Numbered from the stretch's first letter, positions 39,621 through 49,970 are shown. The stretch: DNA of 64,000 nt from an uncultured bacterium (GCA_964012435.1 CAXGSM010000002.1:19952-83951), one strand, 5' to 3'. Made by a program: numbers and translations. The notes: generated from the letters alone by a model not told the origin.

Positions 39621-40192
39621 TACGAAAAGGAGCTGCCGCCTCCGCCACAGCCGCAGCCACCACTTTTAGCACTATTTGGATTAGAAAGCTTTAAACCAGC
39701 GCCTTGAACACTCATTACGTAATCCATCCTTGTGCCTTTTATCATCGGTAAAGAATCTGGACCTATGCCCACTTTTAAACCATGCTGTTCAACTAAATGT
39801 GCATCATCTAGGAACTCTTTAACGAATTTAAAATGATATTCAAAACTGCAATTACAGTTGGTGCTTACTTCAATCTGTAATCCAAAATATTCAGGATCCT
39901 CTTCAGTCATAGTTTCCAATATGACTTTAGCAGCCCTCTCAGTAATAACAAAAACTGCATCCTTCATCTCTGATATCATTAAATTAATTTCTTCTAAAAT
40001 TTCATCAAGTTCCTCTTTTTTCCTACCATGGCCTAAAACTCCTTGCTCTAAGGTCTCGTAACTTGAAACACCGCATCCAACACAGTGTATACCTCTGGAT
40101 TTTAATGCATCCGCAGCATAAGGGAATTTCTCAATAATATTCGAAATTGTCATATCTTTAGTAACAGCATTTTCAATATCTATAGAACTCAT
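39620..40192 (-). CDS. DUF1858 (CxxC) domain fused to an A-type (IscA/HesB) Fe-S carrier
   Basis: TKDMTI..I..KFP, GIHCVGC...ETLEQG...HG; ITERA, C..FEY, MDY, NPN..GCGCG...SF; SD GGAGG. Confidence 0.85.
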   Translation of the reverse strand: MSSIDIENAVTKDMTISNIIEKFPYAADALKSRGIHCVGCGVSSYETLEQGVLGHGRKKEELDEILEEINLMISEMKDAVFVITERAAKVILETMTEEDPEYFGLQIEVSTNCNCSFEYHFKFVKEFLDDAHLVEQHGLKVGIGPDSLPMIKGTRMDYVMSVQGAGLKLSNPNSAKSGGCGCGGGGSSFS

Positions 40193-40225
40193 AAAACCTC
40201 CAAATAAATCACTCTCAACCTTATT

Positions 40226-42343
40226 CTAAATCTTAAAAAACAGAAAAAGAAAAAATAACAACAATGTAGAAAAGCTCAGATAAAAAACATAAGGATAACC
40301 AGGAAATATATATTCATATCCCTCAGACGATTCCAATGTTCCCAAAAAAGCATGCCCTATCCTGGGCAACTCTTGCTCCATTGATTTAGATTTCCATCCA
40401 GGATACCACCAAACAGGATTGAAATTCAGCCCTTCAGCAAAATTTTTATGACTTGTGTCTATAAAATCATTTAAATCTCCAGTAAAAAGCTTGGAGAGCA
40501 AAATAATTCTGTTATCTTCTGATGATTGAATCAATTTATCTCTCGAGAAAAAAGACATTTCTTTTGGTTTGAATGTCTGTCTTTTATACCTGTAAAAAAC
40601 TTCCCCTGCAATAAGATGCTCTTCTGGTACAGAACTAATATTTAATTTTGTTCTGGACCAAATCTCTTTAAGGTTAATTAAATCAGAAATTGTTGGATTT
40701 TCCAAACCTGTTGAAGGTATAAAAAAATCTTGAAATTCAATTGCCCAAACAGATTGCAAAGGTGAATTCAACTGAAGCCTGATAGGCTTATTGACACAAT
40801 TGGAAAAAATTGGATCATCCCATAAATACCCATTGGGGCTTCCTACATAGGCAGCAAAAGGTTTTTTCATATCTATGCTTTCCTGTTTTAAGCTTTCCGA
40901 ATACGTGTCTACAAACCAGACTGAGGCCCCTGGTTCAGGACAATTACTATTTGAAATAAAGCTAATCTCATTCTCGGGAAGATATTCATAAAATCTGACA
41001 TTCCAACGCCAAGCTATGCCGATAAATGTTTCCAAAATTAAAAAAACACCCAGGTAAATGTGAAGATTTTTCTGTTTCTTTTTGACTGCTAACATTAACA
41101 AAAAAACAAATGGCAAAACTAAATTTAAAAAAGAATATTGAGTGCTTTCTGAACCTTGCAGGAAAAAAAATGAAGATAAGAAAAAGAAGAAACAAAAAAT
41201 TGCCTGCTTGCGACTAAATTTAAACTGATTTTTTCTAAGCGTTTCAGAAAGATACAAGCAAAAAAAGAATAAAACCCCAAGCATAAATCTATGAAAATCT
41301 CTAAAAAGACCCAGGTGAGGAAGAATCTTCACGAGTAATCCATAACCGGGACCCCATGAAAAAATCAAAGAAACCAGCATTCCAAGCAAATAAATATTAC
41401 TTATTGATCCTGATTTAAAACTAAAAAATAAATAAAATAAAAAAATTGGAAACAATATAGAAAGATAAGACGAAGCAACCGGGTCATAAGAAGCAATATC
41501 ACCTAAGCCAAACAAAGGAAAAAACCCATTTAAAAGAATCCTGAAATCAATTCCGCCTTGAGTCCCCCAAAAAAAACCTTCCCTTACTGAGCTGCTAGAT
41601 AATGAAAAAGTCCCAAAAAGTTGAGGCATTGCTATAAGGATAGAAACAAAAATACAAGAAGAAAAAATCAAAAAAAGTTTTTTAAAAAAGGGTCCTTTGA
41701 GCGAAAATAAATATACAAAAGCGATAAAGATTACTATTATGCTGCCTTGAATTTGACCAGCTAAAAATGAAGAAGTAATAAAGAAAATCAACCAAAAAAT
41801 TTCTTTCTTTGGAATTTTTTTCTCTACTAAATTCTTAAAAATTTTATCAATATAAATAATCATCCAAGGCAAAACAGAACTAGATAAAATCAAATTAATA
41901 TTTGTAGACTGCGACTGATGAAAACCATAGTTACAAAAAATTAAAGTCGGTATCCAGACAGCCCAACCCTTGCAACCTTTTAAACGTAAAAGAGTTACCA
42001 TTCCGCAACACATGATTAAATTTGCAAAAATTAACAAAAAAACATACTCTCCAGCAACACCCAAAACATTACTTGAGTCTGGCCATGGAGGAAGCATGTA
42101 AACAATCCAACGGAAAGGGTGAAAAAAACCAATTTGACCTTCAGCAATCAATGGAAATGAACCATTTAATGGACTTATGCCCCAGGAAAAATTTTCTACT
42201 TGTTGATAAAAAACTCTTGTAAAGGCTAGCCCGAACTCAAGATCGTCACCATTTAATGGATACTTATTGAAGAAGAAAGGGAAATGCTGAATGATAACAA
42301 GACTTAAACTTAACCAGAAATCTCTTAATTTAAATTTTTGCAT
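40226..42343 (-). CDS. Polytopic membrane protein, YfhO-like / GT-C fold glycosyltransferase candidate
   Basis: Many TM helices, GDD loop near the N terminus, W..L...FP..AEGQ.G.FHP, FRDFHRF, C-terminal WYPGWK. Confidence 0.6.
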   Translation of the reverse strand: MQKFKLRDFWLSLSLVIIQHFPFFFNKYPLNGDDLEFGLAFTRVFYQQVENFSWGISPLNGSFPLIAEGQIGFFHPFRWIVYMLPPWPDSSNVLGVAGEYVFLLIFANLIMCCGMVTLLRLKGCKGWAVWIPTLIFCNYGFHQSQSTNINLILSSSVLPWMIIYIDKIFKNLVEKKIPKKEIFWLIFFITSSFLAGQIQGSIIVIFIAFVYLFSLKGPFFKKLFLIFSSCIFVSILIAMPQLFGTFSLSSSSVREGFFWGTQGGIDFRILLNGFFPLFGLGDIASYDPVASSYLSILFPIFLFYLFFSFKSGSISNIYLLGMLVSLIFSWGPGYGLLVKILPHLGLFRDFHRFMLGVLFFFCLYLSETLRKNQFKFSRKQAIFCFFFFLSSFFFLQGSESTQYSFLNLVLPFVFLLMLAVKKKQKNLHIYLGVFLILETFIGIAWRWNVRFYEYLPENEISFISNSNCPEPGASVWFVDTYSESLKQESIDMKKPFAAYVGSPNGYLWDDPIFSNCVNKPIRLQLNSPLQSVWAIEFQDFFIPSTGLENPTISDLINLKEIWSRTKLNISSVPEEHLIAGEVFYRYKRQTFKPKEMSFFSRDKLIQSSEDNRIILLSKLFTGDLNDFIDTSHKNFAEGLNFNPVWWYPGWKSKSMEQELPRIGHAFLGTLESSEGYEYIFPGYPYVFYLSFSTLLLFFLFLFFKI

Positions 42344-43298
42344 AGATATCCTGTGCAATTGGCTTGCCATGCAATCTTCCATTTTCTATAAAAACTCTAT
42401 GGTTATTCATGCCTTCAACCAATGCTCCTCCAACATAAACACCCTTTATTTCAGTTTCATAAGTTTGAATATTGTGTTTAGGAATTTGAAGTTCTCCTTC
42501 CAGCTTCAAACCACAACCATTTATTAAAAAATTTTTATCTGGCCTGTAGCCTGTCAACAAAAAACAATAATCAAAATCAAAATTAACAGTTTTTAAATTT
42601 TGGACTTCAAAGGAAGCATGAGAGTCCACCAAAGAGATCAATCTTGAATTACCTAATAAAGTGATTTTTTTTGTACTTACCGCATCTAAAAAATCAGGAT
42701 ATATCCATTTTTTAATCTTTGAAGAATCTGGGCTTGATTGCCTGCAACTTAACAATACATTATTGCTTTTGCTCAAATCCAAAGCTGCCTCTACTGCAGA
42801 ATTACCCGCACCAACTATTAATACATTTTTATTTTCAATTAAAGTCGATCCTGAAAAATAATGACTCACATTGAAGCCATTCTCACCAGGAACATCTAAA
42901 TAATTTGGATTCGAATATATCCCAGTGGTTAAAACAACTTTTTTTGTATGAATTTTTTGACCACCTTTAAGGGTTAAAGTAAAGTCATTATCCTTTCCGG
43001 AAAGATGATCTAATTCTGAAAAATTTAAAATATTTAAATCATGTCTACCTGCAAAAGATTCATAATAATCACAGGCTTCCTTCAAAGTTGGATTAGAGCC
43101 ATTCTTAGACTTCATTTCAAACTCATCTAAAGTTAGCTTTTCTGAAGTTGAAAAAAAAACCATATCTTTAGGGTAGCTTCTTATGTGGTTACAAATACTG
43201 CCTTTATCAAGACCTAGAACCTTTAATGCATATTTGCCCAATTGATACAAAACCGAAAGTCCATTTGGACCCATGCCTACAACAACAACATCAAACAT
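42330..43298 (-). CDS. ypdA: YpdA-family putative bacillithiol disulfide reductase
   Basis: VVGMGPNG, YP.DMVFFSTSEKL, GAGNSAVEAAL, IKKWI.PD, LTGYRPD, FIENGR.HG; no TrxR CxxC. Confidence 0.85.
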   Translation of the reverse strand: MFDVVVVGMGPNGLSVLYQLGKYALKVLGLDKGSICNHIRSYPKDMVFFSTSEKLTLDEFEMKSKNGSNPTLKEACDYYESFAGRHDLNILNFSELDHLSGKDNDFTLTLKGGQKIHTKKVVLTTGIYSNPNYLDVPGENGFNVSHYFSGSTLIENKNVLIVGAGNSAVEAALDLSKSNNVLLSCRQSSPDSSKIKKWIYPDFLDAVSTKKITLLGNSRLISLVDSHASFEVQNLKTVNFDFDYCFLLTGYRPDKNFLINGCGLKLEGELQIPKHNIQTYETEIKGVYVGGALVEGMNNHRVFIENGRLHGKPIAQDIYAKI

Positions 43299-46048
43299 TA
43301 AATAATATGAATTTTCAAGACCGCAAAAACATCGGCACTAAGAGATACAGAAAAATTCCCCCTAGAATTCCTTACATTTTCAAGCTTCATTAAATCCTTT
43401 TTTAATTTTGAACTCTTGGTTAATATGCTAGTTCTTTCTTTTTTAAGCCTTGTTAATTCGTTCTTTTGTCCTTCATCCATGTCACGATTTTTAGAAAGGC
43501 TCATAACTTTGATATGTATTTTATTAAATTCCATTTTGTAATCATCAATTGCATCAGATATTCTTAACTTTAAATTATTAAATCTAAAATCTTCCAATTC
43601 AATCAAATGATTAAAAACACTCTGCTTTTTATCCAAGAAAGCATCTTTAATTGAATCTATTTTTTGGAAAAATGGCTCAAGAGAAAAATTATCAGCAATC
43701 CTGCATGGGATCTCAGCTGGCCATAACAAATCATCAGGAATCTTGTCTAAGATTAAAAAATCATTGGAATCTGTCAAGATTAAAGAAACATCCTCAAAGC
43801 TCTCCTCCTTGTAACTCCATTTTATTTTTGAAAAAAAAGCTACACAATGATCAGATGATGTATCAAATCCTATCTCCTTTAAAACCTCTCTTTTAAGCAC
43901 GGTAAATGACAGAGGAAGGTCAGTGACATCTTTTATAGATGAAGTTAAAAATGGGTGATTAATTGTTAGGTAATCAATCCAAGTTCTTGATAGTGCAATA
44001 TCTTTTGAAAAAGTTCCTCTAATTAATTCTGGAAAGAAACGTGACGATCCTTCTTTTAGAAAATGAGGTATGGTGAATTTCAATTCAAAATCATCTGAAT
44101 CTTTAAGACAGTTATATTTATCTAAAAATTCACAAAAAGCAAGTTCGACTATTTCACCATCATTAAAAAACTTTATATTTTCTATATTGTTTAAATTTTC
44201 TGGCCTCAAATCAATACCACTTTTTGCAAATGATGACTCCAGCGACTCATCTACTTTCTTTATTGAAGAGGTTAATGAAGAATCTAACTTTTTTAATTTC
44301 TTTTTTTTGCCATAAGAATCAACAAAAGCTTCCATGACAAATGATTCAGGATCATTTTCTGACGTCATATAGCCTAAAATTGTTTCTAATTCCCCAATTG
44401 TGTTTTTAAACAAATCTAGTTTTTTTTCTAAAATTTTAATTAAATGATCCTCTATCGTTTTTTTGGCAATTAAATTCACTATCAAAACCTCTTTCTTTTG
44501 CCCTAACCTATGCACCCTACCTATTCTTTGCTCAATTTTCATCGGATTCCATGGAAGGTCGTAATTAACAACAATATTAGCGAATTGCAAATTACGCCCT
44601 TCGCTGCCAGCCTCTGTGCTTACTAATATTTGACCTTTTTGAAAATTTTCAATTATTTCATTTTTTTCGCCAACAGACATTCCGCCCCTGTAAACCTGGA
44701 CATCAAAACCTGATTTTTTTAAAATTTCACATATTGAATCTTGAGTTTTTAAAAATTCTGAAAAAATTAAAATTTTAGATGCTTTATCTTTTTTATATTG
44801 ATTTTTTAAAAACATCAACAATACATCCATTTTATTCACATCGGAAACACCCTGGCACTCTTTTAACATTTCAGATATTGCATCGATTTCTAAATTCAAT
44901 TCTCTTTCTAATGTTTTCTTATTGTTTTTTTTCTTTGATATTGGCAAAAAATCCAATACTTCTTTTGGCTTGGAGGGGTCTAGATTAGACTTAATTTCAA
45001 GTAATCTTTTTCTTCTCTTTTTTAAACTTGAAACAAAAGAATTTTTACTACTAGTTAACATCCTCTGAAGAGTCATGAGGTAAAAAATATAGGAAGAATT
45101 ATTGTTTGTAATGCTTTTCTTGTAGCCATTAACGGCATACTCGCTTACCTTGTCATAAAGCTTCAAATAACTTTCACTTAAGGAAACACCGAGTGTTTCT
45201 GCTTTCCTTGGTGGAAGTTCACCAACACCTCTTATGTCTGATCTTCTTGACCGAACCATCAAGCTTTTCAAAATTGACTTCAATGCTTCGATAGTTTTTT
45301 TATTAAAGTTTTTAGAAAATCTTTTACTCATTTCTGATATATTGATAGCATGAGGAGAAACCAAATTCACCAAATTAAAGAGCTCAACAAGTGAGTTTTG
45401 CAAAGGGGTAGCGGTTAAAAGTAACATTTTTTTTGCCTTTAAAGATTTAACAAACTTGTAATTCATTGTGTTTACATTTTTTAAATGATGAGCTTCATCA
45501 ATGATAACGATGTCCCACTTTTTTTCAAAAAAAGCTTCCCTATAACCCTCTCGTTTAGCATAAGCTAAAGAGGTTACAACCATGGAGTTGTTTTTCAAAA
45601 ATTGATTTAATGAGTAACCAACTCTTCCATCAACAACCGGAATAGATATATTAAATTTATCTAAAAGCTCTTCTCTCCATTGCTCTGTTAATCCAGATGG
45701 AACAACAATCAACACACTACTGGCTTCTTTTCGCAAAATGTACTCAGTTAATATCATTCCGGCCTCAATTGTTTTTCCTAAGCCAACCTCATCAGCCAAT
45801 ATAGCTCTTCCATTCATGCTGTTAACAACAGTTTCACAGGTTGATATTTGATGAGGGAAGGCAGAGGTTCTACTTGAAACAGGAGAAATTAAAATTTTTT
45901 TATCAAACTTCCTAGACAAAATTTTTGAAAAAATACTCAATCTAAAATCTTGGAAAGAACTGTACCAACCTTTTGCATCTTTGTTTAAAAATGAATCTTT
46001 ATTGGCATTATTGCCAAAAAGTCCATTTGTAAGGCTTTTGTTGCTCAT
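43298..46048 (-). CDS. SNF2-family helicase (YqhH/RapA-like) with a long C-terminal extension
   Basis: ILADEVGLGKTIEAG, IIDEAH, LLTATPLQN, STEAGSEGRNLQF, NYDLPWNP..IEQRIGRVHRLGQ. Confidence 0.92.
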   Translation of the reverse strand: MSNKSLTNGLFGNNANKDSFLNKDAKGWYSSFQDFRLSIFSKILSRKFDKKILISPVSSRTSAFPHQISTCETVVNSMNGRAILADEVGLGKTIEAGMILTEYILRKEASSVLIVVPSGLTEQWREELLDKFNISIPVVDGRVGYSLNQFLKNNSMVVTSLAYAKREGYREAFFEKKWDIVIIDEAHHLKNVNTMNYKFVKSLKAKKMLLLTATPLQNSLVELFNLVNLVSPHAINISEMSKRFSKNFNKKTIEALKSILKSLMVRSRRSDIRGVGELPPRKAETLGVSLSESYLKLYDKVSEYAVNGYKKSITNNNSSYIFYLMTLQRMLTSSKNSFVSSLKKRRKRLLEIKSNLDPSKPKEVLDFLPISKKKNNKKTLERELNLEIDAISEMLKECQGVSDVNKMDVLLMFLKNQYKKDKASKILIFSEFLKTQDSICEILKKSGFDVQVYRGGMSVGEKNEIIENFQKGQILVSTEAGSEGRNLQFANIVVNYDLPWNPMKIEQRIGRVHRLGQKKEVLIVNLIAKKTIEDHLIKILEKKLDLFKNTIGELETILGYMTSENDPESFVMEAFVDSYGKKKKLKKLDSSLTSSIKKVDESLESSFAKSGIDLRPENLNNIENIKFFNDGEIVELAFCEFLDKYNCLKDSDDFELKFTIPHFLKEGSSRFFPELIRGTFSKDIALSRTWIDYLTINHPFLTSSIKDVTDLPLSFTVLKREVLKEIGFDTSSDHCVAFFSKIKWSYKEESFEDVSLILTDSNDFLILDKIPDDLLWPAEIPCRIADNFSLEPFFQKIDSIKDAFLDKKQSVFNHLIELEDFRFNNLKLRISDAIDDYKMEFNKIHIKVMSLSKNRDMDEGQKNELTRLKKERTSILTKSSKLKKDLMKLENVRNSRGNFSVSLSADVFAVLKIHII

Positions 46049-46061
46049 ATTACAGCTCTTA

Positions 46062-46071
46062 ATGCTAACAT
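46062..46071. promoter_or_regulatory. Candidate bidirectional extended -10 promoter between the SNF2 helicase and ClC genes
   Basis: ATGCTAACAT reads TGcTAACAT on + and TGtTAGCAT on -, within a 30-bp divergent intergenic gap. Confidence 0.5.
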
Positions 46072-46078
46072 TTATTAA

Positions 46079-47776
46079 TTGAAAACTGTTAAAAAAAGCT
46101 TAAGAGAGAATGTTTTGGTGAATAGGCTCAGACCTTTTAAAGAGTCTAAACTATTCATACTCTTGCTTTCTTCTTTGTTGGGAATTTTTGCTGGCTACCT
46201 TTCAATAGTCTTCAGAAAAGCAGCTAGTTTTGGGACAAGCTTGTTTGATTCGGCTCAAAAAATTGGAAACTTTTCTGCTACAGACTTAACTGCATACATA
46301 CCTATTTTAGTTTCAATAATATTTGTTACTATCTATTCGAATGCAGGCTTCTGGGGTGCTAGAGGTTTTTCAAGCATATTAAAAGCTGTTTTTAAAACTC
46401 ATGGCCACCTTAGCCTTAATAATTCATTCAAAAAACTTGGCCTATCTCTACTCTCAATAATAGGAAAAGGATCTGTTGGCAGGGAGTCAATGATAGCACA
46501 ATGCTCAGGTGGTTTTGGGTCATGGCTTGGAAGGGTTTTTCATCTGAATTCAAGAAAAACAGTCAGACTTATTGTTTCGTCTGCAGCTGCGGCAATAGCT
46601 GCAACATTTGGAGCACCTATTGCAGGGATATTATTTGCAATAGAGCTTTTAGCTGAAGAAGTACACGTCTCTCTAGCGCCCATGATTATCGCTTCATTAA
46701 GCGCCAGTCTTGTTGTTAAGAATTATGGATTAAATCCTGTGGTAGACATAAACCTTTGGAACAGTGTTTCGGTAAAAGACTTATATGTATTTGCAATTCT
46801 AGGTATTTTGAGTGGTTTATTTGGAGCGTTGTATTCACACACTTCAAACATAACTTCAAAAAAACTATATGGAAAAAAATCATCTCCCTTAATTGCTGGT
46901 TTAGCGATTTTTGCTTTACTAATCTATATGCCAAAACTAACGGGAGGAGGTTACGAACAAGCTTCATTAATGCTTCAATCAAGCTCTACAGTTAATGAAA
47001 TGCTTATTTATGTAATAGGCAAAGCGCTAATAACAATTCTTTGTATTAATTCTGGATGGGCTGGAGGCCATTTTGGGCCAATATTCTCAATAGGAATTGC
47101 ACTTGGTTTAATTTTGGGTGCAAAGTTTTCATACATGAGCGCATCTCTTGCTATTGCTGGTGCAGCAGCTCTTTGCGCATCAGTAACACATGCTCCTCTT
47201 GCATTAATAATACTAACGTGGGAAATGACAAATACTAGTGATGTTTTTATACCGGTAACCGTTTCTGTAGTTATAGCGATACTTGTAAGAGATATTTTCA
47301 ATGTAAGAAATCTTTATGAATCACCACTAATTGATCTTCTTTCTAAAAAAACAAATAAAAAAAATGAAAAAACCATCAAGCAAATAATGGAAAAAAAACC
47401 AACGACTGTGGATGCAGATCAAAAAATAAAAGATGTTTTGTATTTAACAAGAACAAAAAAACAAACATATTTTCCAGTTTTGCAAAACAAAAAACTAAAT
47501 GGCATAATAACCAGAGCGAATATTTTGCATGCTCTAGAAGCAGACTTACATGGAAGAATAAACAGAGAACACCTAGATGACAAAGTAAGTAGATGGACAT
47601 CTTCTATAGAGGAAATATTAATAATAAAAGAAAATGATTCTGTACTAGATACAGCTCATAAAATGCGTATATCGGGAATAAACATATCACATCTTCCTGT
47701 TGTAAATAATCTAGAAGAAATGAAAGTTGTTGGAGTTTTGCATAGTGAAGATGTCTTAAGGGCTCTAGATGTTTAA
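46079..47776 (+). CDS. ClC-family anion channel/transporter with CBS domains (divergent)
   Basis: GSVGRE, AAAAIAATFGAPIAG.LFA.E, GGHFGP, HAPL, EMT, LY, two CBS domains. Confidence 0.88.
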   Translation: MKTVKKSLRENVLVNRLRPFKESKLFILLLSSLLGIFAGYLSIVFRKAASFGTSLFDSAQKIGNFSATDLTAYIPILVSIIFVTIYSNAGFWGARGFSSILKAVFKTHGHLSLNNSFKKLGLSLLSIIGKGSVGRESMIAQCSGGFGSWLGRVFHLNSRKTVRLIVSSAAAAIAATFGAPIAGILFAIELLAEEVHVSLAPMIIASLSASLVVKNYGLNPVVDINLWNSVSVKDLYVFAILGILSGLFGALYSHTSNITSKKLYGKKSSPLIAGLAIFALLIYMPKLTGGGYEQASLMLQSSSTVNEMLIYVIGKALITILCINSGWAGGHFGPIFSIGIALGLILGAKFSYMSASLAIAGAAALCASVTHAPLALIILTWEMTNTSDVFIPVTVSVVIAILVRDIFNVRNLYESPLIDLLSKKTNKKNEKTIKQIMEKKPTTVDADQKIKDVLYLTRTKKQTYFPVLQNKKLNGIITRANILHALEADLHGRINREHLDDKVSRWTSSIEEILIIKENDSVLDTAHKMRISGINISHLPVVNNLEEMKVVGVLHSEDVLRALDV

Positions 47777-47780
47777 ATGT

Positions 47781-47808
47781 TTGTTAATACGAAATTTTAT
47801 TTTACAAT
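47781..47808 (+). promoter_or_regulatory. Candidate sigma70 promoter for the secD operon (near-leaderless)
   Basis: TTGTTA-N16-TACAAT ending 9 nt before the secD ATG; no SD. Confidence 0.45.
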
Positions 47809-47817
47809 TTCTATCTT

Positions 47818-49074
47818 ATGTCATTACTTATAAAAAGATGGATTTGGATCATAGGTGTTATTTCGGTATTCAGCATTGCTCCTATTTCAAAAATTGCAAA
47901 TAATAAAAACCCTCTTAATTTAGGTTTGGATCTATCTGGAGGCGTTGATATATTGATAAAAGTAATACCTCCACCTGAAGAAAAATTAGATGAAATAGTT
48001 CCTGGTGTAGTTGACGTTATGTCAAAAAGGCTAGACCCTCAAGGGGTTTTATCAATATCAGTACAGCAAGTATCTGAAGACAGAATAAACATACAAGTTC
48101 CATCTTCATCTGGAGAAAGTCCAGAAAGAGTGCGAAGGCTAATAGAGCAATCTGCTCATCTTGAATTAGTAGATACCAGTTTTGTATCCTACCTAGCAGG
48201 ATCAAAAGCCTGCAGGAATGATGGGCAAAATTATGAAAATTGTGATTTGGTATATACCAAAGATCAAGTTGTGATAGAGGGTGGAGACCTTAAAAGAGCA
48301 ACAGTTTCTCCAAATCCAAATGGAGGTTGGCAAGTTGATTTTGAACTTAGTGAATCAGGCTCTAATGCTTTTGCAAGACATACAGCTTCACATATATCCC
48401 AATACCTAACAATAGTTCTTGATGCCAATGTTGTATCAAGCCCAATAATTAATTCTGCAATTTTTGGCAGTGGAAGCATCAGTGGAAGTTTTAGCATAGA
48501 GGAAGCAAACGAGCTTGCCCTGCTCTTAAATGCTGGAAGATTAGATGCAGATATAGACATACTAAAACTTTCTTCTGTTGGAGCTGCTTTAGGCAAGGAT
48601 TCTTTAGAAAAAAGCATAAAGGCAGCATGGATAGGTCTTATTCTTGTTGCTATATACATGCTTGCATGCTACAAAAGGAGAGGTGTTGCTGCAGTTTTCT
48701 CTTTAGCAATATTCTCGAGTATTCTCTTTAGCCTGTTTAGCAGTCTTAATATTACTTTAACGCTACCAGGAATAGCAGGCTTGATTCTTTCGATAGGAAT
48801 GGCTGTTGATGCAAATGTGATTATTTTCGAAAGAATAAAAGAAGAAGAAAGCTCCGGAAAAAGTGGCCTTTTGGCATTAGAGGAAGGTTTTTCAAATGCT
48901 TTATCAGTAATAACTGATGCGAATGTTACAACATTCCTAATTGGTCTTGTGCTGTACGCACTTGCGACTGGCCCTGTTAGGGGTTTTGCTGTAACCCTGC
49001 TGATAGGAATAATGGTTTCTGTTTTTGCTGCTTTAGTTGTAACTAGAGCAATCATGGAGACATGGGAAAAATAA
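47818..49074 (+). CDS. secD: Protein translocase subunit SecD
   Basis: LGLDLSGG, IVLD, TLTLPGIAGLILSIGMAVDANVIIFERIKEE, DANVTT, VRGFAVTL. Confidence 0.97.
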   Translation: MSLLIKRWIWIIGVISVFSIAPISKIANNKNPLNLGLDLSGGVDILIKVIPPPEEKLDEIVPGVVDVMSKRLDPQGVLSISVQQVSEDRINIQVPSSSGESPERVRRLIEQSAHLELVDTSFVSYLAGSKACRNDGQNYENCDLVYTKDQVVIEGGDLKRATVSPNPNGGWQVDFELSESGSNAFARHTASHISQYLTIVLDANVVSSPIINSAIFGSGSISGSFSIEEANELALLLNAGRLDADIDILKLSSVGAALGKDSLEKSIKAAWIGLILVAIYMLACYKRRGVAAVFSLAIFSSILFSLFSSLNITLTLPGIAGLILSIGMAVDANVIIFERIKEEESSGKSGLLALEEGFSNALSVITDANVTTFLIGLVLYALATGPVRGFAVTLLIGIMVSVFAALVVTRAIMETWEK

Positions 49075-49970
49075 TGAATAAAAAACTAAATTTTTTAAAG
49101 ATGAGCAAAGTTACAGTCTGGATAAGTTTATCAATTTTAATCATGGGCATATTTTCAATGATTGAAAATACAAAAGTATTTAAGATGGAGAAAACCGATG
49201 GATCAATATCCTCTTTACCATTAAATCTAGGTATTGAATTTACAGGAGGAAGTGTTTTTGAGGTTGATTTAGGAGAAGAATCATCCACTACAGAATTACG
49301 AGAATTACTTTCTGACAAGCTTACCAAAAATCCTCAAATTCAAAAAAGCGGTGATGTATATATTATCAGAACTGAATTTATATCAAATCCTGATGAAATT
49401 TATCTTTTATTAGAGTCAGAATACAAAAACTTCAACAAAGATGCAGATGTTTCATCAGAAAGAATAGGGCCTTTATTCTCTCAAGAACTTGCTAAACGTG
49501 CTTACTTGGCAACATTTATAGGAATGTTGGTTATCTTGCTCTATATAAGTATCAGATTTAGTTTTATATTTGCGCAAGGAGCACTAGCAGCACTTGTTCA
49601 CGATATACTTTTTGTACTCAGTTATTTTGCAATATTCAAAGTTGAAATAGGTTTACCATTTGTTGCAGCAATTCTGACAATTCTTGGCTACTCAATCAAT
49701 GACACTATAGTCGTTTTTGACAGAATAAGAGAAAATATGAACAAGCTCAAGAATGAAAAATTTTCTAAAATATGCGAAACAAGCCTTTGGCAAACTCTTT
49801 CAAGAACAATAAACACTACCACCACTACACTTCTTGCAATAATGGCTATACAAGTATTTGGAGGAGCTACACTAAAGCCATTTACAACAGCTTTAATAGT
49901 TGGCTTTATAGCAGGAACATATTCTTCAATTTTTATTGCAACACCTTATGTAAACTCAAAACAAAAATGA
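49074..49970 (+). CDS. secF: Protein translocase subunit SecF
   Basis: LGIEFTGG, IGP, ALVHD, LTILGYSINDTIVVFDRIRE, RTINT, GTYSSIFIA; TAATG overlap with secD. Confidence 0.97.
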   Translation: MNKKLNFLKMSKVTVWISLSILIMGIFSMIENTKVFKMEKTDGSISSLPLNLGIEFTGGSVFEVDLGEESSTTELRELLSDKLTKNPQIQKSGDVYIIRTEFISNPDEIYLLLESEYKNFNKDADVSSERIGPLFSQELAKRAYLATFIGMLVILLYISIRFSFIFAQGALAALVHDILFVLSYFAIFKVEIGLPFVAAILTILGYSINDTIVVFDRIRENMNKLKNEKFSKICETSLWQTLSRTINTTTTTLLAIMAIQVFGGATLKPFTTALIVGFIAGTYSSIFIATPYVNSKQK

